Shown here one piece after another: positions 34,520 through 45,028 of a stretch of 64,000 nucleotides of DNA. Made by a program: the position numbers and the translations under genes. The stretch covers positions 55,404-119,403 of the forward strand of contig CABYTP010000002.1 of assembly GCA_902521955.1 (NCBI GenBank), read 5' to 3'. This DNA comes from an uncultured Candidatus Actinomarina sp. Its GTDB lineage: Bacteria > Actinomycetota > Acidimicrobiia > Actinomarinales > Actinomarinaceae. How positions within the stretch are numbered: position 1 is the first letter of the stretch; the number at the start of each line of letters is the position of its first letter. The notes under the pieces were generated by a model. That model was not told the origin of the DNA. It searched no databases and was given only the letters and a program-made list of their open reading frames with translations.

Positions 34520-36088
34520 TTAACCCCCAAAAGCTTTAGATAACATTGCAATTACAGCGTCATTTGTAGCTCCGAAAATTAATTTTGGAAAGACTCCAAT
34601 TAAAATTGTCAATATAACAAGTGGAATCCAGGCTGCTAATTCATATGCGTCAGCATCGTGAAGTTCTTTATCCATCCATTCTTCTGATGGTTCTCCTAGG
34701 TTAACTCTTTGTAGCATCCACAATAAATAACCAGCTGTTAAAACTGTTCCGACTGCACCCGCCACCATAGACGTTCTGAAGACAGTAACATTTAAACCAT
34801 CTAAAGGATTGTAAGCACCTAAGAGTGCCATGAATTCACCCCAAAAACCTGCAAGACCAGGAAGTCCTAATGATGCCATAGCTGTAAAGCCAAGTAGAGC
34901 TCCTGTCTTTGGTAGAAGTTTCATATTTCCACCTAACCTTCCCATGTCTCTTGTATGGTAAGTGTGTGCCATAGATCCAGAAAGGAAAAATAACAAACCT
35001 GTAATAACCCCGTGAGCAACCATTCCAATCATTGCAGCGTTAATACCTATTGGTGTCAAAGATGCAATACCTAGCATGACAAAACCCATATGACCTACAG
35101 ATGAAAAAGCTATAAGACGTTTCAAATCAGTTTGAGCTAAGCAAGCCAATGATCCATAAATTATTCCAATAGCAGATAAAATTGCAATTGCAGGTGCCCA
35201 TGCTTTTGCTTGTTCCGGAAGAATTGGTATTGCAATTCTAACAAATCCATATGAACCGAGTTTAAGCAAAATAGCTGCAAGAAGAACTGAACCTACTGTT
35301 GGTGCAGCTGTATGAGCGTCAGGGAGCCAAGTGTGTAAAGGCCACATTGGTACCTTTACAGCAAAACCTAAAAAGAGAACTGCAAAAACAAGTGTTGCAA
35401 AAGTACCTGTAAAAGCACCTGCTGAACCCAATTCGATTAATTCAGGAATACTAAAGGTTTTATTTCCACGATAGTAAAGCCCAAGAAAACCGAGAAGCAT
35501 AAAAGCAGAGCCAAATAAAGTGAATACAAAAAACTTAATACTTGCATATAGTCTTGTCTCAATCTGATTCTTGAAGCCGGCAACTGTTCTAACAGTTCTG
35601 TCTCCCCAAATACCAATCATGAAATACATTGGTAATAGTACAATTTCAAAAAATACGAAAAATAATATCAAATCTAAGGCAACAAAAGTTCCATTCATTC
35701 CAGTTTCAAGAACAAGTATTAAAGCAAGAAACCCTTTCGGACTTTTTGGTTCTGGTAAGTGCTCTATAGAGTAAATAATTGCTAACACTGTAATAAAGGT
35801 TGACAATACTAATAATGGTAAGGAGATTCCGTCTATTCCTATTTCATAATTAGCATTAATACTCCTAATCCAAGAAATTTTATTACCTAGTTGTAACTTA
35901 TCAGCCGATGAAAAATCGAACTCCAACAATAGTAAAACGCTGAAGACAAAAGTTATTATTGAAGAAACTAATGCAAAAACTTTAATTAGAAATTCTTGGC
36001 CTTTTGGAATAAGTGTTATAACCAATGCACTGACTAGAGGAAAAAAGACTACTGCAGATAGCCCTACCCCATTTGTTAATATTTCCAA
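34520..36088 (-). CDS. nuoM: NADH-quinone oxidoreductase subunit M (cluster 1)
   Basis: FFEIVLLPMYF, KVPMWPLHTWLPDAH, GLPGLAGFWGEF. Confidence 0.96.
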   Translation of the reverse strand: MEILTNGVGLSAVVFFPLVSALVITLIPKGQEFLIKVFALVSSIITFVFSVLLLLEFDFSSADKLQLGNKISWIRSINANYEIGIDGISLPLLVLSTFITVLAIIYSIEHLPEPKSPKGFLALILVLETGMNGTFVALDLILFFVFFEIVLLPMYFMIGIWGDRTVRTVAGFKNQIETRLYASIKFFVFTLFGSAFMLLGFLGLYYRGNKTFSIPELIELGSAGAFTGTFATLVFAVLFLGFAVKVPMWPLHTWLPDAHTAAPTVGSVLLAAILLKLGSYGFVRIAIPILPEQAKAWAPAIAILSAIGIIYGSLACLAQTDLKRLIAFSSVGHMGFVMLGIASLTPIGINAAMIGMVAHGVITGLLFFLSGSMAHTYHTRDMGRLGGNMKLLPKTGALLGFTAMASLGLPGLAGFWGEFMALLGAYNPLDGLNVTVFRTSMVAGAVGTVLTAGYLLWMLQRVNLGEPSEEWMDKELHDADAYELAAWIPLVILTILIGVFPKLIFGATNDAVIAMLSKAFGG

Positions 36089-36096
36089 TTTTCCTC

Positions 36097-38112
36097 CTAT
36101 ATAATAAATAAAATTAATAAACTAATTGTTACTACGCCACCTAAAAATAACATTAAATATTGTTGAGTTCTTCCAGTCTGAAGTAGTTTAACCCTTCCGC
36201 CAAAACTATCAGTACCACTTGATGACATATTCAGAAATCTATCAATACCATTTTGATCTAAATTGTTATAAACAACTCCTCCTAATAATGAAGCGATTTG
36301 GCCAACACCGTTTATAAACCTATCAATGACATTTGTATTAAATTTATCAACGGCTTTTGATATATTAATTTTTATTGGATCAATGATGAATCGAAAATAG
36401 AAATGATCTAAGTAGTATTTATTTTCTAATACTGTCCACACAGGCTGAATCTTAATTTTGTCATCTCCTGTTTCAGCACTGCCTTGCAATTGATATAAAT
36501 AATAACCCAATCCTATTCCAAGTAATCCCGCAATCAAACCACTTGATAATGCAAATAAGTCAAAGCTTTCAGGATGGTATTCGACTATTTTTGTTTTTCT
36601 GGTTGTAACCCAGTCAGTAAAGCCTGTGTAAACACCTGGTATGTTTACCCACCCAGAAGCAATAGCAAAAACTGCCAATGTTAAGAGCGGAGTAGTCATC
36701 ATATTGTGAGATTCATGAGGATGACCATGCCCTCTATATTCTCCTAAAAAAGTTAACGATACTGCTCTTGTCATATAGAAGGCAGTTATAAAAGCGCCTA
36801 AAACAGCTATGAAGAAAAAAGTAGTCTCACCTTCATGGTTAAATGAAGCAAGAATTTCATCTTTTGAGAAAAAACCTGCAAATGGAGGAAGGCCAGCCAA
36901 GGCAACGGTTCCGATAATAAAAGTTGTAAAAGTTTTTGGCATAACTTTTCTTAATCCACCCATCTCAAGCATGCTATTGCTATGGACAGCATGAATTACT
37001 GACCCAGCTCCTAAAAATAAGAGTGCTTTAAAAAAAGCATGTGTCCATAAATGGAACAATGCTGCAGTGTATGCTCCAGATCCAATTGCAGCAACCATAT
37101 AACCTAATTGACTTACCGTAGAATATGCCAAAACTTTTTTTAAGTCATCTTGAACAATAGCTATCAGGCCAGCTCCTAATAGCGTGATAACTCCAAATAG
37201 CATAACAATATCTAATGCTTCAGGAGCCATTGATTTATAGAAAGGAAACATACGTGCTAGTAAATAAACACCAGCAGTTACCATTGTTGCAGCATGCATT
37301 AATGCAGATACAGGTGTTGGACCTGCCATTGCATCAGGCAACCAAACATGAAGGGGGAATTGTGCACTTTTGCCCATGGCTCCAATAAAAAGCAAAATTG
37401 CAGCAGCAAAAGCTACCTTTGATAATTTTTCATAATCGTGTGTTGATTGGTATAGAATTTCTGAAATTCTTAATGTTCCAGTATTGAGAGCCAATATAAT
37501 GATTCCAATCATTAATCCAATATCTGCAATTTTGTTTGTTATGAAAGCTTTCATAGCTGCTGATGAATTATCTTTCTTTTCCCAGTAATGGCCAATTAAT
37601 AAATACGAGCATACTCCTACCAGCTCCCAGCCAATCAAAATTTGTATTAATGTAGGTGAGGAAACTAATACCAACATACTCCCAGCAAACAGTGTTAAAG
37701 AAGTAAAGAAGAAAGTGTATCTTATCTCACCCTCCATATAATTTGTAGCATAAATAAATACGAGCAGGGCGACAGTACCCACAACAAAATACATCATAAT
37801 TGAGAGCCCATCTACTACCCATCCAAATTCGATATCAAATTGACCTATGCTTCCAACATTGACAAAAAATTCACTTGCTACACCTTCTGTTATATGAATA
37901 AACATAAGTGAAACACTGTAAATAAATATGAGGGCAATTGTTCCAAGTGCTATCTCAGCACCTTTATATGGAAGATATTTTCCAATAAATGTAATGAATA
38001 ATGCTGCTACAAAAGGAAGGACAACTAAAGACCAAGAAAACTCAGCTAAAATACCACCATCAGTATAAACAAGTTCAGTCTCTGCTAAAAAATTAGCATC
38101 AAATTTTACCAT
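36097..38112 (-). CDS. nuoL: NADH-quinone oxidoreductase subunit L (cluster 1)
   Basis: GKSAQFPLHVWLPDAMAGPTPVSALMHAATMV, HAFFKALLF. Confidence 0.96.
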   Translation of the reverse strand: MVKFDANFLAETELVYTDGGILAEFSWSLVVLPFVAALFITFIGKYLPYKGAEIALGTIALIFIYSVSLMFIHITEGVASEFFVNVGSIGQFDIEFGWVVDGLSIMMYFVVGTVALLVFIYATNYMEGEIRYTFFFTSLTLFAGSMLVLVSSPTLIQILIGWELVGVCSYLLIGHYWEKKDNSSAAMKAFITNKIADIGLMIGIIILALNTGTLRISEILYQSTHDYEKLSKVAFAAAILLFIGAMGKSAQFPLHVWLPDAMAGPTPVSALMHAATMVTAGVYLLARMFPFYKSMAPEALDIVMLFGVITLLGAGLIAIVQDDLKKVLAYSTVSQLGYMVAAIGSGAYTAALFHLWTHAFFKALLFLGAGSVIHAVHSNSMLEMGGLRKVMPKTFTTFIIGTVALAGLPPFAGFFSKDEILASFNHEGETTFFFIAVLGAFITAFYMTRAVSLTFLGEYRGHGHPHESHNMMTTPLLTLAVFAIASGWVNIPGVYTGFTDWVTTRKTKIVEYHPESFDLFALSSGLIAGLLGIGLGYYLYQLQGSAETGDDKIKIQPVWTVLENKYYLDHFYFRFIIDPIKINISKAVDKFNTNVIDRFINGVGQIASLLGGVVYNNLDQNGIDRFLNMSSSGTDSFGGRVKLLQTGRTQQYLMLFLGGVVTISLLILFII

Positions 38113-38411
38113 TTCATCAAATCAAATTCGTTTATGTTAGCAGTTTGCCTATTTCTAAAAAGCATCAATACGATGGCTAGACCAATACCAACCTCTGCAG
38201 CAGCTATTGTAATTATAAAAATAGTAAAAATTTGGCCTTGCATTAATGAATCAGCAAGCATTGAATCAAAAATTATAAAATTAATATTTACAGCATTTAA
38301 TATCAACTCAATTGAAAGAAGAACCATGACCGCATTACGTCTAACCAGAATCCCGTAGATTCCTAATGAAAAAAGAGCGGCAGCTGTTACAAGTACTGGT
38401 TGAACTATCAT
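38106..38411 (-). CDS. nuoK: NADH-quinone oxidoreductase subunit K (cluster 1)
   Basis: SIELILNAVNIN, AAAEVGIGLAI. Confidence 0.96.
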   Translation of the reverse strand: MIVQPVLVTAAALFSLGIYGILVRRNAVMVLLSIELILNAVNINFIIFDSMLADSLMQGQIFTIFIITIAAAEVGIGLAIVLMLFRNRQTANINEFDLMKW

Positions 38412-38926
38412 ATTTGATCCTCATCAACAAGGGCTTCATCCTTTCTCGCTAAAGTTATTCCGCCAATTAATGCGGCTAATAAAACAAACGACACTATTTC
38501 AAATGGAAAAACAAAACGACTTAATAAAATTTCTCCTAGAAGTTCAGTTGAAGACCCAGATGTAATTACGATTTCACCATCAAATCCATTAATAAGGATA
38601 TAAGAAAAGAGCAAAAATATTGCACCCGATATTGTGGCACCAATTAATTTATTCTTATCATTATCTAACTCAGCATTTTTACCCAATGGAGCTCTTGTAA
38701 TCATTACCCCAAAAAGGAATAGAACTATAACTGCTCCGATGTAAACAAGGACAAGTACCAATGCCACAAATTGTGTGGATAAAAGCAAGAAAAGAGTTGC
38801 AGTAAGTGCAAGGGTGAAAACTAATGATATTGCTGCGTGAATGACATTTGAAGTTGTAACTACTCTTGCTGCTGAGAATAGAAGAAGTAATAAAGTAAAG
38901 TATGTAACGACTTCGTAAATTTCCAT
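38408..38926 (-). CDS. nuoJ: NADH-quinone oxidoreductase subunit J (cluster 1)
   Basis: VYIGAVIVLFLFGVM, PFEIVSFVLLAALIG. Confidence 0.95.
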   Translation of the reverse strand: MEIYEVVTYFTLLLLLFSAARVVTTSNVIHAAISLVFTLALTATLFLLLSTQFVALVLVLVYIGAVIVLFLFGVMITRAPLGKNAELDNDKNKLIGATISGAIFLLFSYILINGFDGEIVITSGSSTELLGEILLSRFVFPFEIVSFVLLAALIGGITLARKDEALVDEDQI

Positions 38927-38927
38927 T

Positions 38928-39413
38928 TTAACTTTCTAAGCCTTGAGTATCAGGTACAGTTTTTAACCAATCGTCTAAACGTTCCTTATTGTGAAGCATG
39001 TCACCCATATTGAATTCAGAATACTCGTACTCAGGTGTCCAAAATAAAGCATCGAAAGGACAAACCTCAACACAGATTCCACAATACATACATAGTGCAT
39101 AATCAATATCAAATCTATCTAGAACAGCTCTACTTCTTTGTCTACCTCCAGGTTTTGAAGGGGGTTGTAATTCTTTATGTCCCTCAATATAAATACACCA
39201 ATCGGGGCATTGTCTTGCACACAACATACAACTAGTGCATGCTTCTTGATCTAAAGCAATAACTCCTCGTGCTCTTGGTGCAACTTTTTCCTTTTCAAAT
39301 GGATAATTTACATTTGGTTTTGAGTGAAATGGAGATAGGGTTTTAAGCATATTGACAATTACTATCTTTATTCCAATTAAGAATCCGGGAACTTTTGGTT
39401 TAAACGTTTTCAT
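38928..39413 (-). CDS. nuoI: NADH-quinone oxidoreductase subunit I (cluster 1)
   Basis: Two CxxCxxCxxxCP motifs (CTSCMLCARQCP, CMYCGICVEVCP). Confidence 0.95.
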   Translation of the reverse strand: MKTFKPKVPGFLIGIKIVIVNMLKTLSPFHSKPNVNYPFEKEKVAPRARGVIALDQEACTSCMLCARQCPDWCIYIEGHKELQPPSKPGGRQRSRAVLDRFDIDYALCMYCGICVEVCPFDALFWTPEYEYSEFNMGDMLHNKERLDDWLKTVPDTQGLES

Positions 39414-40384
39414 TAGAATCCAACTTTCATTATTGCAGTTACAAGAATATTAATTAAAGATGCAGGAATAAGTATTTTCCAAGCGAGGTTTTGAAGTTGA
39501 TCTTCTCGAAATCTTGGCTGTGACCACCTAACAGCTACCAATATAAAACCTAAAATAGCAGTCTTTGTTAATAAAACAACAGGTCCATAAAAATTTACCC
39601 ATTCAGTTGGCAAAAGTGGAACATGGTAACCTCCAAGAAATAAAGTCGAAGCAATTGCACATAAAATAAACATATTCATATATTCAGAAATATAAAAAAT
39701 AAGAAATCTAATTCCAGAGTATTCTGTCATAAATCCCATTGTCAGTTCTGATTCACCAATTGGCATATCAAAGGGCACTCTCATCATTTCAGCTGTTGCT
39801 GCAACCATAAATATCAGAAAGCCAACTATCTGGCCACCAACAACAAAAGGTACTCCCCATTCAATTTGTTTTTCTACAATCCCGACTAATGACATTGTTT
39901 CAGCTTGAATAACAACTCCAACAACAGCAAGTATCAGTGGAAGTTCGTACGCGATGAGCTGTCCTGCTGCTCTTAAACCACCCATAAGGGAATATTTGTT
40001 TGCTGATGACCATCCAGCAGTTAATACACCTATAGTTCCTAAAGAGCTTATGGCAAGTGCAAAGAAAACCCCTAATTCTAGATCTGCAACAACCAATGTA
40101 GGGCTCATTGGGACTACAGCAAAAAGCGCAACACAAGAAACCATAACATAAGCCGGAGCCCACTTAAATACTGGTCTGTCCACCTCAGTTGGGATTATGT
40201 CTTCTTTTTGAACAAATTTAAGTATTTCAGCAAGAGGAAATATGAAACCTCTAAGTCCTACATGTAATGGACCCGGTCTTCTCTGCATCCATGAAGCACC
40301 TTTAACATCCATAATAGTAAAAATGATTGCTCCATTTAATGCAGCAAGTGCAAGAAATCCTACCTTGACAAAGACTTCTGTCAT
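39413..40384 (-). CDS. nuoH: NADH-quinone oxidoreductase subunit H (cluster 1)
   Basis: QRRPGP, GGLRAAGQLIAYE, PFDMPIGESEL. Confidence 0.95.
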   Translation of the reverse strand: MTEVFVKVGFLALAALNGAIIFTIMDVKGASWMQRRPGPLHVGLRGFIFPLAEILKFVQKEDIIPTEVDRPVFKWAPAYVMVSCVALFAVVPMSPTLVVADLELGVFFALAISSLGTIGVLTAGWSSANKYSLMGGLRAAGQLIAYELPLILAVVGVVIQAETMSLVGIVEKQIEWGVPFVVGGQIVGFLIFMVAATAEMMRVPFDMPIGESELTMGFMTEYSGIRFLIFYISEYMNMFILCAIASTLFLGGYHVPLLPTEWVNFYGPVVLLTKTAILGFILVAVRWSQPRFREDQLQNLAWKILIPASLINILVTAIMKVGF

Positions 40385-41577
40385 CTGTCCACATCTCCCA
40401 ATACAAAATCTAAACTACCCATTATGGCAATTAAATCTGGTAGTAAAGCGCCCTCGAGTAGCAAAGGTAAAATAGAAAGATTACTAAATGAAGCTGTTCG
40501 AACTTTAAGCCTATATGGTCCCAACCCTCCATCTGACACTATGTAGTAGCCCATTTCTCCTTTTGGATTTTCTGCCCTTACGTAAGTACGTCCTTTAGGG
40601 ACTTTTATAACTTTAGGTACCTTAGCTTGTAGTGGACCAGAAGGCATTGAGTCAATTGCTTGCAACACTATTTTTGCCGATTCAATCATTTCCTTGACTC
40701 TGACATCCCATCTATCATAACAATCTCCGTTCTCTCCAATAGGAATATCATATTCAAATTGATCATATGGCAAATAATCCATTTGAGTTCTTAAATCAGA
40801 CTTCACTCCTGAAGCCCTAAGTATTGGGCCGGATACTCCAAAGGCTTCTGCAGTCTCAGCAGATAAGATTCCAACATTTTTTGTTCTTTTTTTAAAAACT
40901 TCATTACCACCGATTAAATTTTGAAATTGATCAGCAGCCTCTATTACTTTTTGCATTGCTACTTTTGTATCTCTATAAAATCCAGCAGGTAAATCCTGGA
41001 TATCTTTTTTTGTGGTAGGGCCTGATCCAGCTGCTGGTTTTACTCCACCTATTCGATTAAAGTTTGGATGAAAGCGGCCACCAGTTACTGACTCAATTAA
41101 ATCTAAAACTCTTTCCCTGTCTTCCATTGCATAAAAAATTGGAGTCAATGCACCAACTTCAAGAGCGTACGCTCCATTAAATACAAAATGTGATGAAATT
41201 CTTGCCATCTCATTAAGAATTAACCTGATATGTTTGGCCCTTTCAGGTACTTCGATTTCCATTAATCTTTCTGCACCAGCAATAAATGGGATTTCATTAG
41301 AGAAACCAGCAACCCAATCTATGCGGTTAACAAGTGTAGTGATTTGAGGGTACGATCTCACTTCCGCAAGTTTTTCATAGCCACGATGCATATACCCAAG
41401 AACGGGTTTTACATCATGCACCTTTTCACCATCTACTTTTGCGACCAGTCTAAGTACTCCATGAGTTGATGGGTGTTGAGGACCTATGTTGAGCGTCATG
41501 TCTTCAGTTTCTATCTCTACAGATACAGATGCCTCTGAAAAATTATTAAAATTTTGGGGGTCTAATGTATTAACCAT
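40381..41577 (-). CDS. nuoD: NADH-quinone oxidoreductase subunit D (cluster 1)
   Basis: NIGPQHPSTHGVLRL, GYMHRGYEK, GSLDFVLGDVDR. Confidence 0.97.
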   Translation of the reverse strand: MVNTLDPQNFNNFSEASVSVEIETEDMTLNIGPQHPSTHGVLRLVAKVDGEKVHDVKPVLGYMHRGYEKLAEVRSYPQITTLVNRIDWVAGFSNEIPFIAGAERLMEIEVPERAKHIRLILNEMARISSHFVFNGAYALEVGALTPIFYAMEDRERVLDLIESVTGGRFHPNFNRIGGVKPAAGSGPTTKKDIQDLPAGFYRDTKVAMQKVIEAADQFQNLIGGNEVFKKRTKNVGILSAETAEAFGVSGPILRASGVKSDLRTQMDYLPYDQFEYDIPIGENGDCYDRWDVRVKEMIESAKIVLQAIDSMPSGPLQAKVPKVIKVPKGRTYVRAENPKGEMGYYIVSDGGLGPYRLKVRTASFSNLSILPLLLEGALLPDLIAIMGSLDFVLGDVDR

Positions 41578-42115
41578 CTACTGACTCATCACTTTCTGAT
41601 TCTTCTGGCATTCCTTCTACGTCAACTTCGCCAGGCCAAGGCTTAACTTCTCTACTAATTAATTCAAAAGACTTCAGCATAGGATTTCCCTCGTATCCAT
41701 CAGGAAGATATAATTTTTCAAGATTTGGATGGTTTTCAAAATTGATTCCAAACATTTCATATGCTTCTCTCTCATGCCAATTAGCACCTGCATATATTTC
41801 TACGAGAGAAGTAATCTTTGGCTCTGATTTATTAATGGTGGTTGATACAGTAACTAAATTGTTATTAGAAACATTAGACAAACATGTAATGATTTCAAAA
41901 CTTGGTGAAACCGTCTCCTTTGGTGCTTCTCCAGTGGAAACTTCATTATCCCAATCTATTGCAGATAGCCATGAGAAAAATTTTAAATCAAATTCATCTT
42001 TAAGTTTTTGATGTGTCTCGATCCACTTAGATGATTCAACCTTGATGTTGATTGTTTCAAATGCTACATCTGTCTTAATAAAATTTTCTTGTATTTTACT
42101 TAAAAATTCTTCCAT
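41570..42115 (-). CDS. nuoC: NADH-quinone oxidoreductase subunit C (cluster 1)
   Basis: ANWHEREAYEMFGINFENHP. Confidence 0.94.
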   Translation of the reverse strand: MEEFLSKIQENFIKTDVAFETINIKVESSKWIETHQKLKDEFDLKFFSWLSAIDWDNEVSTGEAPKETVSPSFEIITCLSNVSNNNLVTVSTTINKSEPKITSLVEIYAGANWHEREAYEMFGINFENHPNLEKLYLPDGYEGNPMLKSFELISREVKPWPGEVDVEGMPEESESDESVDG

Positions 42116-42116
42116 C

Positions 42117-42614
42117 TTATATTGGCTCTGTTTGGACTTCTGTCCATTTTTCTTTCATGTCTTCTCCACGAATTTTTTTCTGAAGAAGAATAATTCCTTC
42201 CTGAAGTGCTTCTGGCCTTGGAGGACATCCGGGAACATAAACATCTACAGGAATTAATTGGTCAACTCCCTTTGTGACTGAATAAGAATCCCAATATGGA
42301 CCTCCACTATTTGAACAGGAACCCATAGAAATAACATACTTTGGTTCTGGCATTTGATCGTAGAGCCTTTTAACTGATGGGGCCATTTTATCTGTTACTG
42401 TTCCAGCAACAATCATAAAATCGGCTTGTCTCGGAGATGCGGGTAATGGAATGACTCCTAATCTCATAAAATCGTGTCTCGGCCCACTTACTGCCATAAC
42501 CTCAATTGCACAGCACGCTAACCCGAACTGAAAATACCAAAGTGAGTATGATCTAGCCCAATTAAATACAGATGATATTGGCTTTGGAAGACCGAATTTA
42601 TCAACTATTCCCAT
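42117..42614 (-). CDS. nuoB: NADH-quinone oxidoreductase subunit B (cluster 1)
   Basis: [23 protein letters not shown]. Confidence 0.97.
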   Translation of the reverse strand: MGIVDKFGLPKPISSVFNWARSYSLWYFQFGLACCAIEVMAVSGPRHDFMRLGVIPLPASPRQADFMIVAGTVTDKMAPSVKRLYDQMPEPKYVISMGSCSNSGGPYWDSYSVTKGVDQLIPVDVYVPGCPPRPEALQEGIILLQKKIRGEDMKEKWTEVQTEPI

Positions 42615-42970
42615 TTGAGTACATCCTTTCTAATAGCGTATATGAGACCAATTAATAAGATGAATATAAAAACAAACATCTCAATTAATCCAAAATAGCC
42701 AAGTTTTTCCAGGTTAATAGCCCATGGAAATATAAATACTGCTTCTACATCAAAAATTACAAATAGTAAACCAAATATATAATACCTAACATATGTTTGG
42801 CTCCATCCGGAACCTACTGGGTCTACACCACACTCATAAGTTTGGAGCTTTTCTGCATAAGGCTTATTAGGCCTAAGGACAGATGCTACACCAAGTAAAA
42901 GCACGACCAAAAAAAGTCCAAATCCTAGCACTGCTGCTATGGTCACATAATCTTGAAAATAAGAAATCAT
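42605..42970 (-). CDS. nuoA: NADH-quinone oxidoreductase subunit A (cluster 1)
   Basis: [23 protein letters not shown]. Confidence 0.97.
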   Translation of the reverse strand: MISYFQDYVTIAAVLGFGLFLVVLLLGVASVLRPNKPYAEKLQTYECGVDPVGSGWSQTYVRYYIFGLLFVIFDVEAVFIFPWAINLEKLGYFGLIEMFVFIFILLIGLIYAIRKDVLKWE

Positions 42971-43050
42971 ACTTAATACTTTAGTCCAGCCTCTAAAAAG
43001 TTTAGTTTTTTCTCAAACTTCAGTGTAATTTTTTTGTAAGATTTTTATAA

Positions 43051-44139
43051 GTGATTAACAAAAATTTTTTACAAGAAGCAAGTCTGTTACAACTTTCAGA
43101 AGAGATTTTCAGCACCGTTATAAATGATAGAGTGGAATTAAATTCTATTCAGAACCTGTTAACTGAGAAGGTTAAAGAGGCAGAAACAATTAATTTTATA
43201 CTTGCCGATGGACTTGGATATAAAAATTTAATATCACTTGAGACTTCTCTAAAAGAAAACATAAAAAAAATAATAAATACTACATTCCCCTCCTCAACAA
43301 ATGTTGCGCTAACTACGTTTGCAATGATGAGGAATCCCATAGATCATGGAATTCTTGGTTACTACATGTACGATAGAAACAAGTTTGGATTAATTAATGC
43401 ACTTAATTGGAATAATGAAAACAAATCTCTTTTAGGTAATAATCATTTTAAAAATCAAGAATCTATTTGGAAAAAATTAAAATCACTCAATACACATGTG
43501 TCTAACTTTCAACCAGAAAACTTAGTAGGTAGTGCATTGTCAAACTTCCTATATGAAAAAAGCAGTACAGTACCTTATAAAACGCTAGATAATCTTATAG
43601 AAATGCTTTCAGAAGCATCTTTCCTAGAGAATAGATTTAATTTTATTTACTATCCAAATGTCGATATTGCTGGACATATTTTTGGGGTCTATTCTGCTGA
43701 GTGGGAACTTGAAATAAAAAAATTTGAAAAAGCGGTTGAAAGAATTTCTCAAGCAAGTAACAAGAAAACTACAACAATAATTTCAGCTGATCATGGGTTA
43801 TGTAATATTCCACTTGAGAATAGGCATAATTTATCTTACAAAAATAGTATTCAGATATATGGAGACCAACGGTCGGTTTATATAAATGGAACTAGAAGTG
43901 AAGTTGAAAAGGTTTTTTCAAACATACCTGGTGATCTTATTAGTAGATCTGATTTGAAACATCTCTTAAAAGAACCGGGTAATAGCTATATTGAAGCGTT
44001 TTATCCAGATTATTGTTTCCTTCTTAAGGAAAATCACATAATATATCCAAAGCATTTACAAGCTGAACTAAAAGGCTACCACGGTGGACTAACTGAAGAA
44101 GAATTAAAAATTCCAATTATAGAGATTCATAATTTTTGA
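43051..44139 (+). CDS. alkaline-phosphatase-superfamily nucleotide pyrophosphatase/phosphodiesterase
   Basis: ILADGLG, TFPSST, DIAGH, ISADHG, GYHGG. Confidence 0.85.
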   Translation: MINKNFLQEASLLQLSEEIFSTVINDRVELNSIQNLLTEKVKEAETINFILADGLGYKNLISLETSLKENIKKIINTTFPSSTNVALTTFAMMRNPIDHGILGYYMYDRNKFGLINALNWNNENKSLLGNNHFKNQESIWKKLKSLNTHVSNFQPENLVGSALSNFLYEKSSTVPYKTLDNLIEMLSEASFLENRFNFIYYPNVDIAGHIFGVYSAEWELEIKKFEKAVERISQASNKKTTTIISADHGLCNIPLENRHNLSYKNSIQIYGDQRSVYINGTRSEVEKVFSNIPGDLISRSDLKHLLKEPGNSYIEAFYPDYCFLLKENHIIYPKHLQAELKGYHGGLTEEELKIPIIEIHNF

Positions 44140-44158
44140 TAAACATATAATTACAAGC

Positions 44159-44953
44159 ATGAGTAAAAAGCTATTGTTGTTTGTTTTTATTTTGGTTTTT
44201 ATTGGTTGTGGTAGTAATGGAATGCAATCAGAGGGCTACCCAGAACCGTTTATAGGCGGAGGAGTTGAGGATATGTCTTTAAGTAGGTCAGAATCAATTT
44301 CAAATTCTTCAACTTCTCAGGGAGATTATATTATCAAAACGGCATATGCCAGCACTGATGTAAGCTCGTCAAATTTTAATAGCACAATTAAAAGTGTAGA
44401 AAATATGGTAAAAAGTTATGGAGGGAATATCTCAAATACATATCTTTCTACTAATTACCAAGGACTTCAAAGTTATAGCTTAACAATAAACATTCCTGCT
44501 GTGGATTTTGAAGAATTTCTTTCTGAAGTTGAAGAACTATCTAGTTTTACGAACATTAGTTCAAATGCAAATGATGTAACTCGGTATGTTGTTGATATTG
44601 ATTCAAGACTGAAATCTTTATATAGTGAAAAAGAAGCATTACAAGATATTAAAGATGAGGCAACTTCTACCTCTGATAAACTTCAGGTTCAGTCTCAATT
44701 AAGGTATATAAATCAAGACATTGAAATGCTCCAGGGACAAAAAGAATTTTATGAAAACTCTACATCGTTTTCTACGCTCACATTAGAAATTAGGGAAGGA
44801 TCTGGTGTGTCACTCTTTTCTTGGAATTATTATGTGCAAAGAGCTTTAGGTTGGACTGAAAGTATTATTGGAATTTCTGTATCGATCTCAATCATCCTTA
44901 TACCAATCGGATTTATATTTTTTGGTATAAGAAAATTAAGAAATAAAAAATAA
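44159..44953 (+). CDS. DUF4349-family lipoprotein
   Basis: Lipobox FIGC, DVTRYVVDIDSRL coiled coil, FSTLTL, C-terminal TM. Confidence 0.75.
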   Translation: MSKKLLLFVFILVFIGCGSNGMQSEGYPEPFIGGGVEDMSLSRSESISNSSTSQGDYIIKTAYASTDVSSSNFNSTIKSVENMVKSYGGNISNTYLSTNYQGLQSYSLTINIPAVDFEEFLSEVEELSSFTNISSNANDVTRYVVDIDSRLKSLYSEKEALQDIKDEATSTSDKLQVQSQLRYINQDIEMLQGQKEFYENSTSFSTLTLEIREGSGVSLFSWNYYVQRALGWTESIIGISVSISIILIPIGFIFFGIRKLRNKK

Positions 44954-45024
44954 TGGCGCTGTCCTATATTGGGCTACTTTTAATATTTCTATTAATTATT
45001 TTCTTTGGTAGAAGAATTAAGTAA
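44953..45024 (+). CDS. 23-aa single-TM micropeptide (not in ORF track)
   Basis: TAATG overlap with upstream stop; MALSYIGLLLIFLLIIFFGRRIK. Confidence 0.5.
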   Translation: MALSYIGLLLIFLLIIFFGRRIK

Positions 45025-45028
45025 ATTT

